64,000 bases of DNA, from positions 248,001 to 312,000 of the forward strand of contig NC_086108.1 in NCBI RefSeq assembly GCF_963921235.1, written 5' to 3'. Below, piece after piece: positions 37,168-49,689 of the stretch; the first letter of the stretch is position 1; each line of letters begins with the position of its first letter. This DNA comes from Mobula hypostoma (Eukaryota). Position numbers and translations under genes: made by a program. The notes beneath the pieces were generated by a model. The model had not been told where the DNA came from. It searched no databases and worked only from the letters and a program-made list of their open reading frames with translations.

Positions 37168-38160
37168 AAGACCATATGAGATAGGAGCAGAATTGGCCAT
37201 TCAGCTCATCGAGTCTGTCACCATTTCATCATGGCTGATCCACTTTCCCTCTCAACCCCAATCTCCTGCCTTCTCCTGGTAACCTTTCACACCCTGAGTA
37301 ATGAACAATCTGTCACCTCTGCCTTCAGTATACCCAATGACCTGGCCTCCACAGCCCTCCATCTGCATAATTAATTCCACAGATTCACAACTCTCTGGAT
37401 AAAGAAATTCTCTTCATCTCCATTCTAAATGAACGTCCTTCTATTCTAAGGCTGTGCCCTCTGGTGCTGGAGTCCCCCACCATAGGAAACATCCTCCTCA
37501 CATCCAATCTGCCTACGCCTTTCAGCATTCAATAGGTTTCAATGAGATCGCCTCTTAGTCTTCTAAATTCTCATGCGTACAGGCCCAGAACCATCAAGCG
37601 CTCCTCCTGTAGTCATTCTGGTGAACCGCCTCTGAACCCTCTCCAATGTCCGCTCATCCTTTCTTAGATAAGGGCTGATGATACTCCAAGTGAGGCCTCA
37701 CCACTCAACATTAACTCCTTGTTTTGATATTCTAGTCCTCTCGAGATGAATGCTAGCATTGCATTTGCCATCATCACCACAGACTCAACCTGCAAATTAA
37801 CCTTTAGGGAATCCTGCATGAAGGCTCTCTCGTCCCTTGCACCTCAGATTTTTGGATTTTCCGCCTGCTTAGAAAATAGTCTACCCTTTTGTTCCTTCTG
37901 CCAAAGTGTATGACCATAAACTTCCCGACACTGTAATTGTTATACTCTGCTCTGCGTCTGCCACTTTGCGTATTCTCCTTATCTGTCCAAGTCCTTCTGC
38001 AGGCTCCCTGCTTCCTCAACACTACCTGCCCCTCCACCTAGCTTCATATCATCCGCCAGTCGGCCACAAAACCAACAATTCTGTCTTCATAGACAATACA
38101 GAAAGTAGCAGTTACTCCCCGTCCCCAACACTGATTCCTGTGGGACGCCAGTGGGTGCTG
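37168..38160 (-). mobile_element. Degenerate CR1 3' portion
   Basis: Reverse complement resembles the CR1 RT C-terminus and 3' UTR (GGCC...GAGTCTG stem), with many indels. Confidence 0.75.
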
Positions 38161-38294
38161 TGAACGCCTGCACGAAAATGAATCTCAGGCTAGTATATGG
38201 TGATATAGTCGTACTTCGATAATCAATTTACTTTGAAATTTGAACTTTGAAGATTTTATAAGATAAGTTTGTCACATGTACATCGAAACATCAA

Positions 38295-40245
38295 AACTGG
38301 GCTGAGAAGTGGCAGATGGAGTTCAACCCAGATAAGTGTGAAGTGGTTCATTTTGGTAGGTCAAATATGATGGCAGAATATAGCTAATGGTAAGACTCTT
38401 GGCAGTGTGGAGGACCAGCGGGATCTTGGGGTCCAAAGCCATAGGACGCTCAAAGCAGCTGCGCAGGTTGACTCTGTGGTTGAGAAGGCATACGGTGTAT
38501 TGGCCTTCATCAATCGTGGAATTGAATTTAGGAGCCAAGAGGTAATGTTGCAGCTATATAAGACCCTGGTCAGACCCCACTTGGAGTACTGTGCTCAGTT
38601 CTGATCGCCTCACTACAGGAAAGATGTGGAAGCCATAGAAAGGGTGCAGAGGAGATTTATAATGATGTTGCCTGGATTGAGGAGCATGCCTGATGAAAAC
38701 AGGTTGAGTGAACTCGTCCTTTTCTCCTTGGAGCAACGGAAGATGAGAAGTGCCCTGTTTGAGGTGTATAAGATGATGATCGTGTGGATAGTCAGAGGCT
38801 TTTTCCCAGTGCTGAAATGGTTGCCACAAGAGGACACAGGTTTAAAGTGCTGGGGAGTAGGTACAGAGGAGATGTCAGGGGTAAGTTTTTTACTCAAAGT
38901 GGTGAGTCCGTGGAATGGGCTGCCAGAAACAGTGGTGGAGGCGGATAGGATAGGGTCTTTTAAGAGACTTTTGGATAGGTACATGGAGCTTAGAAAAACA
39001 GAGGGCTATGGGGAAGTCTAGTAATTTCTAAGGTAGGGACATGTTCAGCACAACTTTGTGGGCCGAGGAGCCTGTGTTGTGCAGTAGGTTTCCTATGTTT
39101 CTATCCATGTGGCAATCTAAGAGTTTCTTAAATGCCTCTCATGTATCTGCCTCTACCAGTGCCACTGGCAGTGCATTCCACGCACCCATCGCTCTCTGTG
39201 TAAAAAGATTACCTCTGACCTCCCCCTCCCCCATACTTTCCTCCGATCCCCTCTTGCTTTAGCATTTCCCTGGCTATCCACTCCATCTATGCCTCTGATC
39301 AGTTTCTACACCTCTATCAAGTCACCTCTCATCCTCCTTCACTCCAGGGAGAAAAACCATAGCTTTCTCAACCTATCTCAACTCTGTGGTTAAGAAGGCA
39401 TACGGTGCATTGGCCTTCACCAATCGTGGGATTGAGTTTAAGAGCCGAGAGGTAATGTTACAGCTATATTGGACCCTGGTCAGACCCCACTTGGAGTACT
39501 GTGCTCAATTCTGGTTGCCTCACTACAGGAAGGATGTCGAAACCATAGAAAGGGTGCAGAGGAGATCTACAAGGATGTTGGGGAGCATGCCTTATGAGAA
39601 TAGGTGAACTCGGCCTTTTCTCCTTGGAGCGATGGAGGATGAGAGGTGACCTTATAGAGGTGTTTAAGATGATGAGTGGCATTGATTGTGTGGATAGTCA
39701 GAGGCTTTTTCCCAGGGCTGAAATGGCTAGCATGAGAGGGCATAGCTTTAATGTGCTTGGAACTAGGTGCAGAGGAGATGTCAGGGGTAATTTATTTACT
39801 CAGAGAGTGGTGAGTGAGTGGAATGGGCTGCCAACGGTGGTGGTGGAGGCGGAAATGACAGGGGTCCCCACCTTTTTTGCACCGCGGACCGGTTTAAGAT
39901 TGACAATATTCTTGCAGACCGGCCAATGGTGGGGGGCCAGGGGGGACGTGTTCAAGTTCGACAGTGTGTGACAGGGAATGAGGAAAGGTGCAGCTGACTC
40001 ATATCGTTTCATATCGCCAAATCATATCGTTTCCTCGTGGCCCAGTAGCACATGCTTTGCGGCCTGGTACCTTTCCGCGGCCCGGTGGTTGGGGACCACT
40101 GTTTTAAGAGACTCCTGGATGGATACATGGAGCTTGGAAAAATAGAGGGCTATGGATAAGCCTAGGTAATTCTAAGGTAAGGACATGTTTGGCACAGCTT
40201 TGTGGGCCGAAGGCCTGTGTTGTGCTGTAGGTTTTCTGTGTTTCT
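38295..40245 (+). mobile_element. Cluster of CR1 3' fragments (two + copies with a - fragment at ~39100-39380)
   Basis: ORF pieces LVRPHLEYCAQFW, ERVQRRF and RGDLIEV. Confidence 0.85.
39859..40101. mobile_element. hAT/Charlie-type MITE (243 bp)
   Basis: Terminal inverted repeats CAGGGGTCCCCA...TGGGGACCACTG, internal GCGG(A/C)CCGG motifs; sits inside a CR1 3' fragment. Confidence 0.85.
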
Positions 40246-40594
40246 ATCCTCATAATCCAATCCAGGCAGCATCCTGGTAATCCTCCTAAATATTGAGGAA
40301 AATTGATGATTCCATCGTAAGACAGATTGAAAATGGGAAGTTGTGTGATATAACACTCAAGGATATATCTAGCCAGGGTTATTGGCCCTGCATCTTGCCC
40401 GGAGTTAATCTGCCTTGATTTCAAGAAAAAGCGATAGAATCATAGAAAAGTACAACACAGAAACAGGCTTTTTGGCCCATCTAGTTGGTGCCAAACCATT
40501 TAATCTGCCAAATCCCATCATCCTGCACCCGGACCATAGTTCTCCATACCCCTCCCATCCAAACTTCTCTTAAATCTTGATATCAAAATCATAT

Positions 40595-43280
40595 TCACAT
40601 GAGGTTACGCATTGTATCGGAGGGATAGGAAGGTAGGCAGAGGGGGTGGTGTAGCTCTGCTGGTAAAGAACAGCATCAAAACAGCAGAAGGGTGTGGCCT
40701 AGAATCAGAAGATGTTGAATCCTTGTGAGTTCAGATAAGAAACTGCAAGGGTAATGGCATTTATAAACAGGCCTCCCAACAGTAGCTGATACATGGAGCA
40801 CCGATTACAACAGGAAATGGAAAAAGGTGTTTCAAAAGGGTAACGTTATGGTAGTCATGGGAGATTTTATCATGCAGTTCGATTGGGAAAATTAGGTTGG
40901 TAATGGATTTCAAGAGAGTGAGTTTGTTGAATGCCTAAGAGATGGCTTTTTAGAGCAGTTTGTCATTGAGCCTGCTAGGGGATCACCTACACTGGATTGG
41001 GTGTTTTGTAATGAACTGGAGGCGATTAGGAAGTTTAAGGTAAAGGAACCCTTAGGAGTCAGTGAAGACAATATGATTCAGATAGGGAGAAAGTAGAGTC
41101 TGATGTAGCGATATTTCAGTGGAGAAAAGGAAATTTGAAAGGAAAGTAAAGGTATGAGAGAGGAGTTGGGCAAAGTAAGTTGGGAGGAGATGCTGGCAGG
41201 GAAGACAGCAGAGCAGCAATGGCACAAGTTTCTGGGAAAATATGGGGAAGGTGCAGGATGAATGTATTCCAAAAACAAAGAAATACTTGAATGGCAAAAT
41301 GCTACAACCGTAGCTGACAAGGGAAGTCAAAACTAATGTAAAAGCAAAAGACAGGGTATACAACAGAGCAAAAATTAGTGGGAAGATAGAAGGTTGGGAA
41401 GCTTTTAAAACCCTAGAGAGAGCAACTAAAAGAATCATTAGGAGGGAAAAGATGAAATATGAAAGCAAGCTAGCAAATAATATCAAAGTTGATAGAAAAA
41501 GCATTTTCAAGTATATAAAAAATAAAGGAGAAATGAGAGTGGATATAGGACCGCTAGAAACTGAGGCCAGAGAAATAATAACGGGGGACAAGAGGTGGCA
41601 AATGAACTAAATGAGTATTTTGCACCAGTCCTCACTGTGGAAGACACTAGCAGTGTGCCAGGTTTGAAGAGTGAGGGAAGAGAAGTGAGTGCAGTTTCTA
41701 TTACAAGGTTGAAGGTGCTCAAAAAGCTGAAAGACCAACAGGTACTTTTTTCACCTGGACCAGACGAACTGCAAACTGGGGTTTTGAAAGAGGTAGTGGT
41801 AGAGAGTGTTGAGGCATTTGTAATGATCTTTCAAAAATCATTGGACTCTGGCATGAAAATTCCAAATGTCACTTCACTCTTTAAGAAAGGAGGGAGGCAG
41901 CAGAAAGGAAATTATAGACCGGTCAGCCTGACCTCAGTGGTTGGGAAGATGTGGGAGTTGATTGTTAAGGGTGAGGCTATAGAGTACTTGGTGACACAGG
42001 ACAAGATAGGACAAAGTCAACATGGTTTTCTTAAGGGAAAATACTGTCTGACGAACCTGTTGGAATTCTTTGAGGAGATTACAAGTAGGATAGATAAAGG
42101 GGACGCAGTGGAGGTTGTATATTTGGGCTTTCAGAAGGTGCCACACATGAGGCTGCTTACCAAGTTAAGAGCCCATGGTATTACTGGGAAGTTATTAACA
42201 TGGTTAGAGCATTGGCTAATTAGTCGGAGGCAGCGAGTGGGAATAAAAGGATCCCTTTCTGGATGGCCAGTGAGTAGTGGTGTTCCACAGGGGTTGGTGT
42301 TGGACCACTTCTTTTTATGCTGTATATAAATGACTTAGCTGGTGAAATAGATGGGAAGTTTGCAGATGATACGGAGATTGGTGGAGGGGCAGGTAGTGTG
42401 GAAGAAGCAGGTAGGATGCAGAAGGACAGATAGATTAGGAGAATGGGCAAGAAAGTGGCAAATGAAATACAATGTTGGAAAATGCATAGTTATGCATTTT
42501 GGTAGTAGAGATAAATGTACAGATTATTTTCTAAATGGGAAGAAAAATTCAAAAATTTGTGATGCAGAAGGACTTGGGAGTCCTTGTACAGAACACCCTA
42601 AAGGGTAACTTGCAGGTTGAGTCAGTGGTGAGGAAGGCAAATGCAATGCTAGCATTCATTTCAAGAGGTCCAGAATACAAGAGCAGGAACATGATGCTGA
42701 GGCTTTATAAGGCACTGCTGAGGCCTCACCTTAAGCACTGTGAACTGTTTTGGGCTCCTTATCTAAGAAAAGATGTGCTGGCATTGGAGAGGGTTGAGAG
42801 GAGTTACACAAGGATGAGTCTGGGAATGAAAGGGTTATCATATGAGGAACATCTGATGTATGTGGGCCTGTACTCGCTGGAATTTAGAAGGATGAGAGGG
42901 GATCTGATTGAAACCTTTTGAATATTGAAAGTCCTAGGCAGAGTAGACGTGGAAAGAATGTTTCCCATGGTGGGGGAGTCTAGGACAAGAGGGCAGAACC
43001 TCAAGGTAGAGGGGCATCTGCTTAAGACAGAGATGCGGAGAAAGTTCTTCAGTCAAAGGGTGGTGAATTTGTGGAATTTGTTACCACAGGCAGCTGTAGA
43101 GGACAGGTCGTTGGGTGTATTTAAGGCAGAAATTGATTAGTTCTTCAATGGCCGTGGCAACAAAGGTTACGGGGAGAAGGCTGGGCGGTGGGGTTGAGGA
43201 GGGGAGGAAAAGGATCAGCCATGATTGAATGGCGGAGCTGACGATGAGCCAAATGGCTCCTGTGACTTATGGTTTTATGG
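40595..43280 (+). mobile_element. Degraded CR1 LINE ORF2 (APE to 3' UTR)
   Basis: Fragments SPGPD, NYRPVSLTSVVGK, QHGF and SGVPQG, with many stops and frameshifts. Confidence 0.92.
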
Positions 43281-43329
43281 TAGTACAGAGAATTTAACGC
43301 CGTGAACATTAGGACTGAGAAATGCGTTC

Positions 43330-45280
43330 AAACAGAGGGATCCGTAACTTCTTGAAAAAGAACTCACAGGTAGGTAGGGTCGTAGGGAGAGCTTTTGGCA
43401 CACTGGCTTTCATAAGTCAAGGTACTGAGTACAGAAGTTGGGATGTTATGTTGGAACCACTTCTTTTTACATTATATATCAAGGATTTTGATGATGGAAT
43501 TGATGGCTTCGAGGCTAAGTTAGCGAACGATCGGAAGATCGGTGGGGGTGGGGGGGGCAGGTAGTATCGAGGAAGCAGAGAGGTGCAGAAGGATTTAGAC
43601 AGTGTAGGAGAATATGCAAAGAGGTGGCAGACGGAAAACAGTGTTGGGAAGTGTATGGTCATGCACTTCGGTAGAAAACTTAAAAGCATAGGCAATTGTA
43701 TGACTGGAGAGAAAACTCAAAAATCGGAGGTGCAAAGGGACTTGGGAGTCTTCAAGCAGGATTCCATAAAGGTTAATTTGTTGGTTAAGTCAGTGATAAG
43801 GAAGGTGTTAGCATTCATTTTGAGAGGAATAGAACATAAAAACAAGGATATAATGTTTTATATGGAACACTCACAGAATGCTGGAAGAACTCAGCAGGCC
43901 CAGAAGCATCTCTGGAATATTTGTGGCCCTGAATGGAAGTGAGAGAGGAGGTGTAGGGTAAGCGGGTGGAACAAGCATTGCACCTGACACTACACCTTGT
44001 CCCTCACTGCCATTCAGGAGGCAACACTTCACCTGTGAGTCTGTTGGGGTTCATCTACTGTATCTGATGCTCTTGGTGTGACCTCCTGTATGTCAGTGAG
44101 ACCCGACGTAGATTGGGAGACCGCCTTGCAGAGCACCTACACTCCGTCTGCCAGAAAAACCCATTTCAAGTCTACTTCCCATTCCCATTCTGACATGTTA
44201 TTTCTCGACTGCCACGATGAGGCCACACTCAAGTTGGAGGAGCAGCATCTTGTATTCCGTCTGGGTAGCCTCCAACCTGATGGCATGAATGTCGATTTCT
44301 CTAACCTCTGGTAATTGCCCCCAACTTTACCATTCCCATTCCCGTTTCCCTCTGTCACCTCATCTCCTTACCTGCCAATCACCTCCTACTGGTGCTCCCT
44401 CCCCTTCCCTTTCTTCCAAAGTCTTCTGTCCTCTCCTCCCAGATTCCCCCTTCTCCAGCCCTTTATCTCTTTCACCAATTGACTTCCCAGTTCTTTACTT
44501 CACCCCCCTCCCCCCTCCCAGTTTCACCCATCACCTACCACCTTGTACTCCTTCCTCCCCTCCCCCCCACCTTCTTGCTCTAACTTCTCATCTGTCCTGA
44601 AGAAGGGTCTTGGTCTGAAACGTCAACCTTTTGCTCTTTCCCATAGATGCTGCCTGGCCGCTGAGTTCCTCCAGTATTTTGTGTGTTGCTCAGATTTCCA
44701 GCATCTGCAGGGTTTCTCCTCCTTGAGGCTTTAGAAGGCATTGGCGAGGCCTCCCTCCCTTGGGGTGTTGTGAGCTGTTCCGGGCCCCAGAAAGGATATG
44801 GTGACACTGGAGAGGGTTGAAAGGGGGTTGACAAAAATGATTCTGGGATTGAAAGGCTTATTAAATGAGGAGCATTTGATGGCTCTGGGCCTTAGCTGAC
44901 TGGAATTTAAAAGAATGAGGTGAAATCTCATCAAAACCTATCAAATGTTGAAAAGCATTGACAGAGTGGATGTGGAGAGGATGTTTCCTATAGTGGGGGA
45001 GGCCAAGAGCAGAGGACACAGCCTCAGAGTAGAGGGACGTCGATTTAGAACCGAGATGAGGAGGAATTTCTTTAATTTGTAGAATTCGTTACTACATGCT
45101 GTGAAGGCCAAGTCATCGGGGATACTTAAGGCAGAGCTTGTTAGGTTCTTGATTAGTCAGGGCATAAATGGATACGGAGATTGGGGCTGAGAGGAAAATA
45201 GATCAGCCATGATGAAATGTCAGACAAGACTCGATGGGTCAAATGGCCCAATCCTGCTCCTACAACTTACAATCTTATGG
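43330..45280 (+). mobile_element. CR1 3' fragments interrupted by a Penelope piece
   Basis: CR1 sequence ...AAGGATATAATG at ~43850 resumes as TGAGGCTTTA... at ~44724. Confidence 0.75.
43863..44720 (+). mobile_element. Penelope 3' segment (GIY-YIG remnant + pLTR) with inverted tail at its 5' end
   Basis: FTCESVG..YCI...ETRRRLGDRLAEHL and ATLKLEEQHLVFRLGSLQPDGMN. Hammerhead motif at 44597-44624. Reverse-oriented tail at 43863-43915. Confidence 0.85.
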
Positions 45281-45719
45281 CGTGGACTACTCCGAAAAGA
45301 AAAACTCAGCCCATATTTCATAAGCAGAATTGGAATCAGAATCAAGTTTACTGTCATTGTCATTTGCCATGAAATGTGAGGTTAGCGGCAGCAGTACATT
45401 GCAGTACGTAGTAATGAAAGTTATAAATCACAAAAAGAAATATATTTTAAAAATTAAATAAGTTGTGCAAAACAAGACCAAGAGGCAAATGTTATTGAGG
45501 TACTGTACATGGGTTCATTGCTCATTCTGAAATCTAATGGCGGAGGGGAGCAATCTGTTCCTGAATTGTTGAGTGTGTGTCTCAGGCTCCTGTACCTCCT
45601 CCCTGACGGTAGAAATGAAAAGAGGCTTTACCTGGGTGGCAAGGGTCCCTCAAGATGGATGTTGCCTTTTGAAGACGTCTCGAAAGTGGGGAGGATTGTG
45701 CTCAGGATGGCTAATTTGT

Positions 45720-46220
45720 TATCCCTCTCGACTGTTTTCTCCTGCCTTCTCCTGTTAACCTTTGATGCCCTGACTAAACAAGAACCTATCAACCTCTGCT
45801 TTAAATACACTCAATGACTTGTCCTCCACAGCGGTCCGTGGCAACAAATTTCACAGATTCACCACCCTCTGGCTATAGAAATTCCTCACCTCTGCCCTAA
45901 AGGGAAGTTCTTCTATTCTGAGGCTTTGCCCTCTGCTCTTAGAGACAGCCGTCCCCTCTCCCACTACAGGAAACATCCTCTCCACGTTGATTTTCAATAT
46001 TTGATGGTTTTCGTTGAGATCCTCCATCATCCTTTTAAACTTCAGCGAGTACAAGCCCAGAGGGAGCAATGCTCCTCAAATGACAACCCTTTCATTCTCG
46101 TGAACCTCCCCCAGACCCTCTCCAATGCCACCTCACCAATTCTTAGATAAGGGGCTCAGAACTGCTCACAATACTCCAAAGTTCGGTCTGCGTTATAAAG
46201 CCTCAGCCTCGCATCCTTGC
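45720..46220 (-). mobile_element. Degenerate CR1 3' fragment
   Basis: ORF 45851-46069: LGLYSL...RGQSLRI...SQRVVNL. Confidence 0.75.
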
Positions 46221-46508
46221 TCTGACTGACAGCACCCATCCTTAGGCACTGCACTTCAGATGAGCGATCCTTTGACTTGGCGATGTTTTGGGGCTGCAAA
46301 AACTGCTTTAAGATGCAAGGCTTCCTTCAGTTTCACCTTCTTGCCACCTGCCGACTACTCTTCTTCACCACAGGAAAAGTGAAGCCGAGAGGAATGAGGA
46401 AAATAGCATTTGAGCAGCTTCTGGCTGGGATGGCGTTAGTGTGACGCGATAACTGAGGGCAATGTCCCTGACTGAGAAACCAACATCTTTATCTTCTGCC
46501 TCTCACAG

Positions 46509-46594
46509 GATGACGTCTGCATGCACCTCACCAATTACGCCATCAACAAGCGTATGATGAACTTTGTCCCGGATGAAAAGAAAGGCAGTAAAAG
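46509..46594 (+). CDS. TTLL6/TTLL13-like: TTLL6/13-like exon: DDVCMHLTNYAINKRMMNFVPDEKKGSK(R)
   Basis: ctgcctctcacag / gtgaga, 86 nt. Contains the MHLTNY.INK and GSKR motifs. Not in the ORF track. Confidence 0.95.
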
Positions 46595-46775
46595 GTGAGA
46601 CCATATGCAGCAGGATGCACCCTTCACCACGAGCAGGCACATTGTAGGAGGTCAGTGTTGGAGTGATTTTTGGGGTTAGGACATAGACATTTAGCAATCG
46701 TATTTGGCTACCAGTCTTCATATCTGAATATGTGTTGTGGATTTTATTTGGAGTGCAGATCTGAACTTTATATGT

Positions 46776-47092
46776 AGGCATCCGTTAGTCTTGTGAGACC
46801 ATGGAAGGTTCTCCTTGGAAGTTTACACCTTGGAAGCTTTCCAGGGCGCAGGCCTGGGCAAGGTTGTATGGAAGACCAGCAGTTGCCCATGCTGCATGTC
46901 TCCCCTCTCCACGCCACCGATGTTGTCCGAGGGAAGGGCATTAGGACCCATACAGCTTTGCTCTGCGTTAACACCAGTGCCATGTGTGGTTAAGTACCTT
47001 GCTCAAGGACACAACGCGCTGCCTCGGCCAAGGCTCGAGCTAGCGACCTTCAGATCACTAGAGGGACGCTTTAACCACTTGGCCACATGCCA
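46776..47092 (-). mobile_element. tRNA-derived SINE
   Basis: Reverse complement: A-box TGGCCAAGTGG, B-box-like GCTCGAGCC, then GTGTCCTTGAGCAAGGTACTTAACC, typical of SINE central cores. Confidence 0.75.
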
Positions 47093-47519
47093 ACACGTGA
47101 CCAAGTCTGAACATGTGGCCAGCTCTGAACAATGGGTTCCTAAAAGCCATGAATCCCAGCTGACAATGGTGATTAAAATTCATTTGGGTGTGTGTGGTGT
47201 GGCTGTGAAGCAGGAGGCGTGAAGGTCGAATGTAGTTTCAAAGAAAGCATTGTCCATGCATTGTAAGTATGGAGTTGCCCTTTGCCGTTTGGCACATAAA
47301 ATATCGAGCCCCACGTCAGGCCAGCCAGACCTTTCGACCAGAAGTGTCTCCATAAAATGCCTTCTCTACCTTGTTTTGTCGAATAAAGAAGCTGCTTTGT
47401 ATCTACCAGTAATTTTCTCCGCTGGCTTCATTCACGCAACAACCTTAGCGAGCAGGCACATTGTAGAAGGAAGGGGAGCACACAGCAGCAGCTTAGTGAA
47501 GCCCTTGACTCTGTTGCCA

Positions 47520-48450
47520 CTACTTCAGGTTGTCATAACTGGCAGAATGCTCCCAATGGCATGCTATAAGACCATCAGATATAGGGGCAGAAGTGGGCCA
47601 TTTGGCCCATTGAGTCTGCTCTGCCATTTAATCATGGGCTGATCCAATTCTTTCAGTCATCCTCACTCCCCTGCTTTCACCCCATATTCTGGCTAATCAA
47701 GAACCTATCTATCTCTGCCATAAATGAACTCAATGACTTGGCCCCCACAGCTGCTCATGGCAACAAATTCCACAGATTTACCACCCTCTGACTAAAGTAA
47801 TTTCTCTGCACCTCAGTTCTAAATGGACGCCCTTCAATCCTGAAGTCATGCCCTCTTGTCCTAGAATCCTGTACCATGCCCTCCAATAACTTCTGACAAC
47901 CAAGTCTAGCTCCTGGCCTTCACATGTGGCTTAGCCACTAAGCTGGGCGGAATCATTTCTACTGACAGGAGAAGGGGCAAAGGTAGGTTAATGGCATCTT
48001 AAATCCAGTCGCTTCAGGCAGATAGAACTCATCAACCATGGCTGGCCCCTCATCTAGGAGAAGGAAAACTCTGATCTCAAACCTCCCATTGCCCTGCGAC
48101 TACACCCACTCATAGGGAAGACTTCAGGAGTAAACCCTGAGGGAAAACATCTGCGGCAGTCCCACGTTGAGTTCAACACTGACTGGCAACTCCTGCGATG
48201 CTGCTGGTGCCAGGCTGTGTTGCTCTCTGCCGTTCCTTTGGGTTCATCAACTGCGTGGAGATGGGGAGCTTGCTACATGGGTAACAGCATGCTCTCCATA
48301 TCCGGGCTTAGTAACTAAGCCACCGTGAAGGCCAGGAGCTGTGACTTGGTTGTCAGAGGCAATATTGAGGCACACGCCATTGGGAGCATTTAATAGGCAG
48401 CGGGAGCTCGTCCCCATTACCACCCCATGGCTATAACAACCTTAAGGAAC
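47520..48450. mobile_element. Two inverted copies of an RTE-like non-autonomous element (family C); the + copy is split by a CR1 tail at ~47566-47878
   Basis: 47892-47943 is the reverse complement of 48306-48357, and AATGCTCCCAATGGC (~47547) of GCCATTGGGAGCATT (~48376). Confidence 0.6.
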
Positions 48451-48466
48451 GGAGTGAAGCTGAAAT

Positions 48467-49250
48467 TGTTGCAATGGACGACTGGAAGCGGTCCCAAGGG
48501 CAGAACACCGACACGGAGGTAGCATTAACAGAAGTGTGTTTATTAATAGTTGCGAGGAAGGCTGGAGAGTGAGGATTAGATGCTTACATGGCCAACAAAC
48601 CGAAGTAGCCCGGACCCAGAGCTTGGTTATGGAGCTTGGACACGGAGCCTGGACTCGGACTCAGACATGGAGCCCGAACTGGGACACGGAGCCCGGACTG
48701 GGACTCAGACATGGAGCCTGGACTCAGACACGGAGCCCGGACTTGGACTTGGACTCAGACACGGAGCCCGGACTGGGACACGGCGCCCGGACTTGGACTC
48801 GGATTCGGATACGGAGCCCGGACTTGGACACGGAGCCTGGACATGGACACAGAACAACAAAACCAAACAACGACAGATAATTTGTATCTTGATTTGGAGT
48901 AGCAGCAAATGGCCAGCAATACTCAGCAGGACACGAAACTACAAAACCAAACGACGACAGTCCGTTCGTATCTTGACTCGAAATAGCGGCAAACGGCCGG
49001 CAATACTCAGCTGGACACGAGACGACAGAATTCCCAAAGCAACCCCAGGCACCGAAGCAACTATTCTCAGCGGCCCGGAACGTGCTTTGCCGCACTGGCT
49101 GAAGTGACGGTCCAGTCCCAAGTAGATGTAAGCCGGAGTTATTATTTTTCCAGTTCGGATGAGAATCAGGTGCCTTAGTCAAGGAGCCAGGTAAAACACG
49201 GGGAAAAGGAAATGAACAGAAATGAGGAGTCAACTGACTGGACCGTGACT
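48467..49250 (-). mobile_element. Probable solo LTR (784 bp) with internal tandem repeats
   Basis: Begins TGTTGC and ends GTGACT (imperfect TGT..ACA). Flanked by a GAAAT duplication (48462-48466, 49251-49255). Minus-strand AATAAA at ~48539. CACGGAGCCYGGACT array at 48610-48850. Confidence 0.6.
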
Positions 49251-49689
49251 GAAATAACAGATAAAAGTGAGTGGAAAGACAATGCTAAACACTCTCTCAT
49301 TCAAATCTGCAGACAGGAGTCATTATTAATGATCAATAAATAATGACAATAATGAGCAGGAGTCAATTATACGTCCCTTACCACGGGGAATGTACCTGGA
49401 CTGGATTATCTCTCAGGATGTCCCGCTGGTTGGGATCATCCCAATCTGGTATTTCGTGTCCAGCAAGAACCATGGATCTAGAACAAAGAAATGTGAGCTA
49501 AGTCCCATGAAGGCAGACAAATTTACATCAGTGATGGGATAAATCTGGAATAAAGGTCTGTAAGACATGGAAACTATTGAGCTGCTGTCGAAAAGCTCTT
49601 TAGTAAGGGAAATCTCCCACTTCCTCTTCATATTTGAGGCCTACAACACTGCTGTGGCCTTACCATTGCTTGCAATGGGCTGTAAGTTC

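Noticed and set aside
47192..47440. Second short solo LTR (AATAAA followed by a ...CAACA end)
   Set aside because: No target-site duplication or clear 5' end could be found.
48536..49233. Overlapping ORFs with HGARTGT/DTEPGLG repeats
   Set aside because: Translation of tandem repeats within the putative LTR, open in multiple frames.
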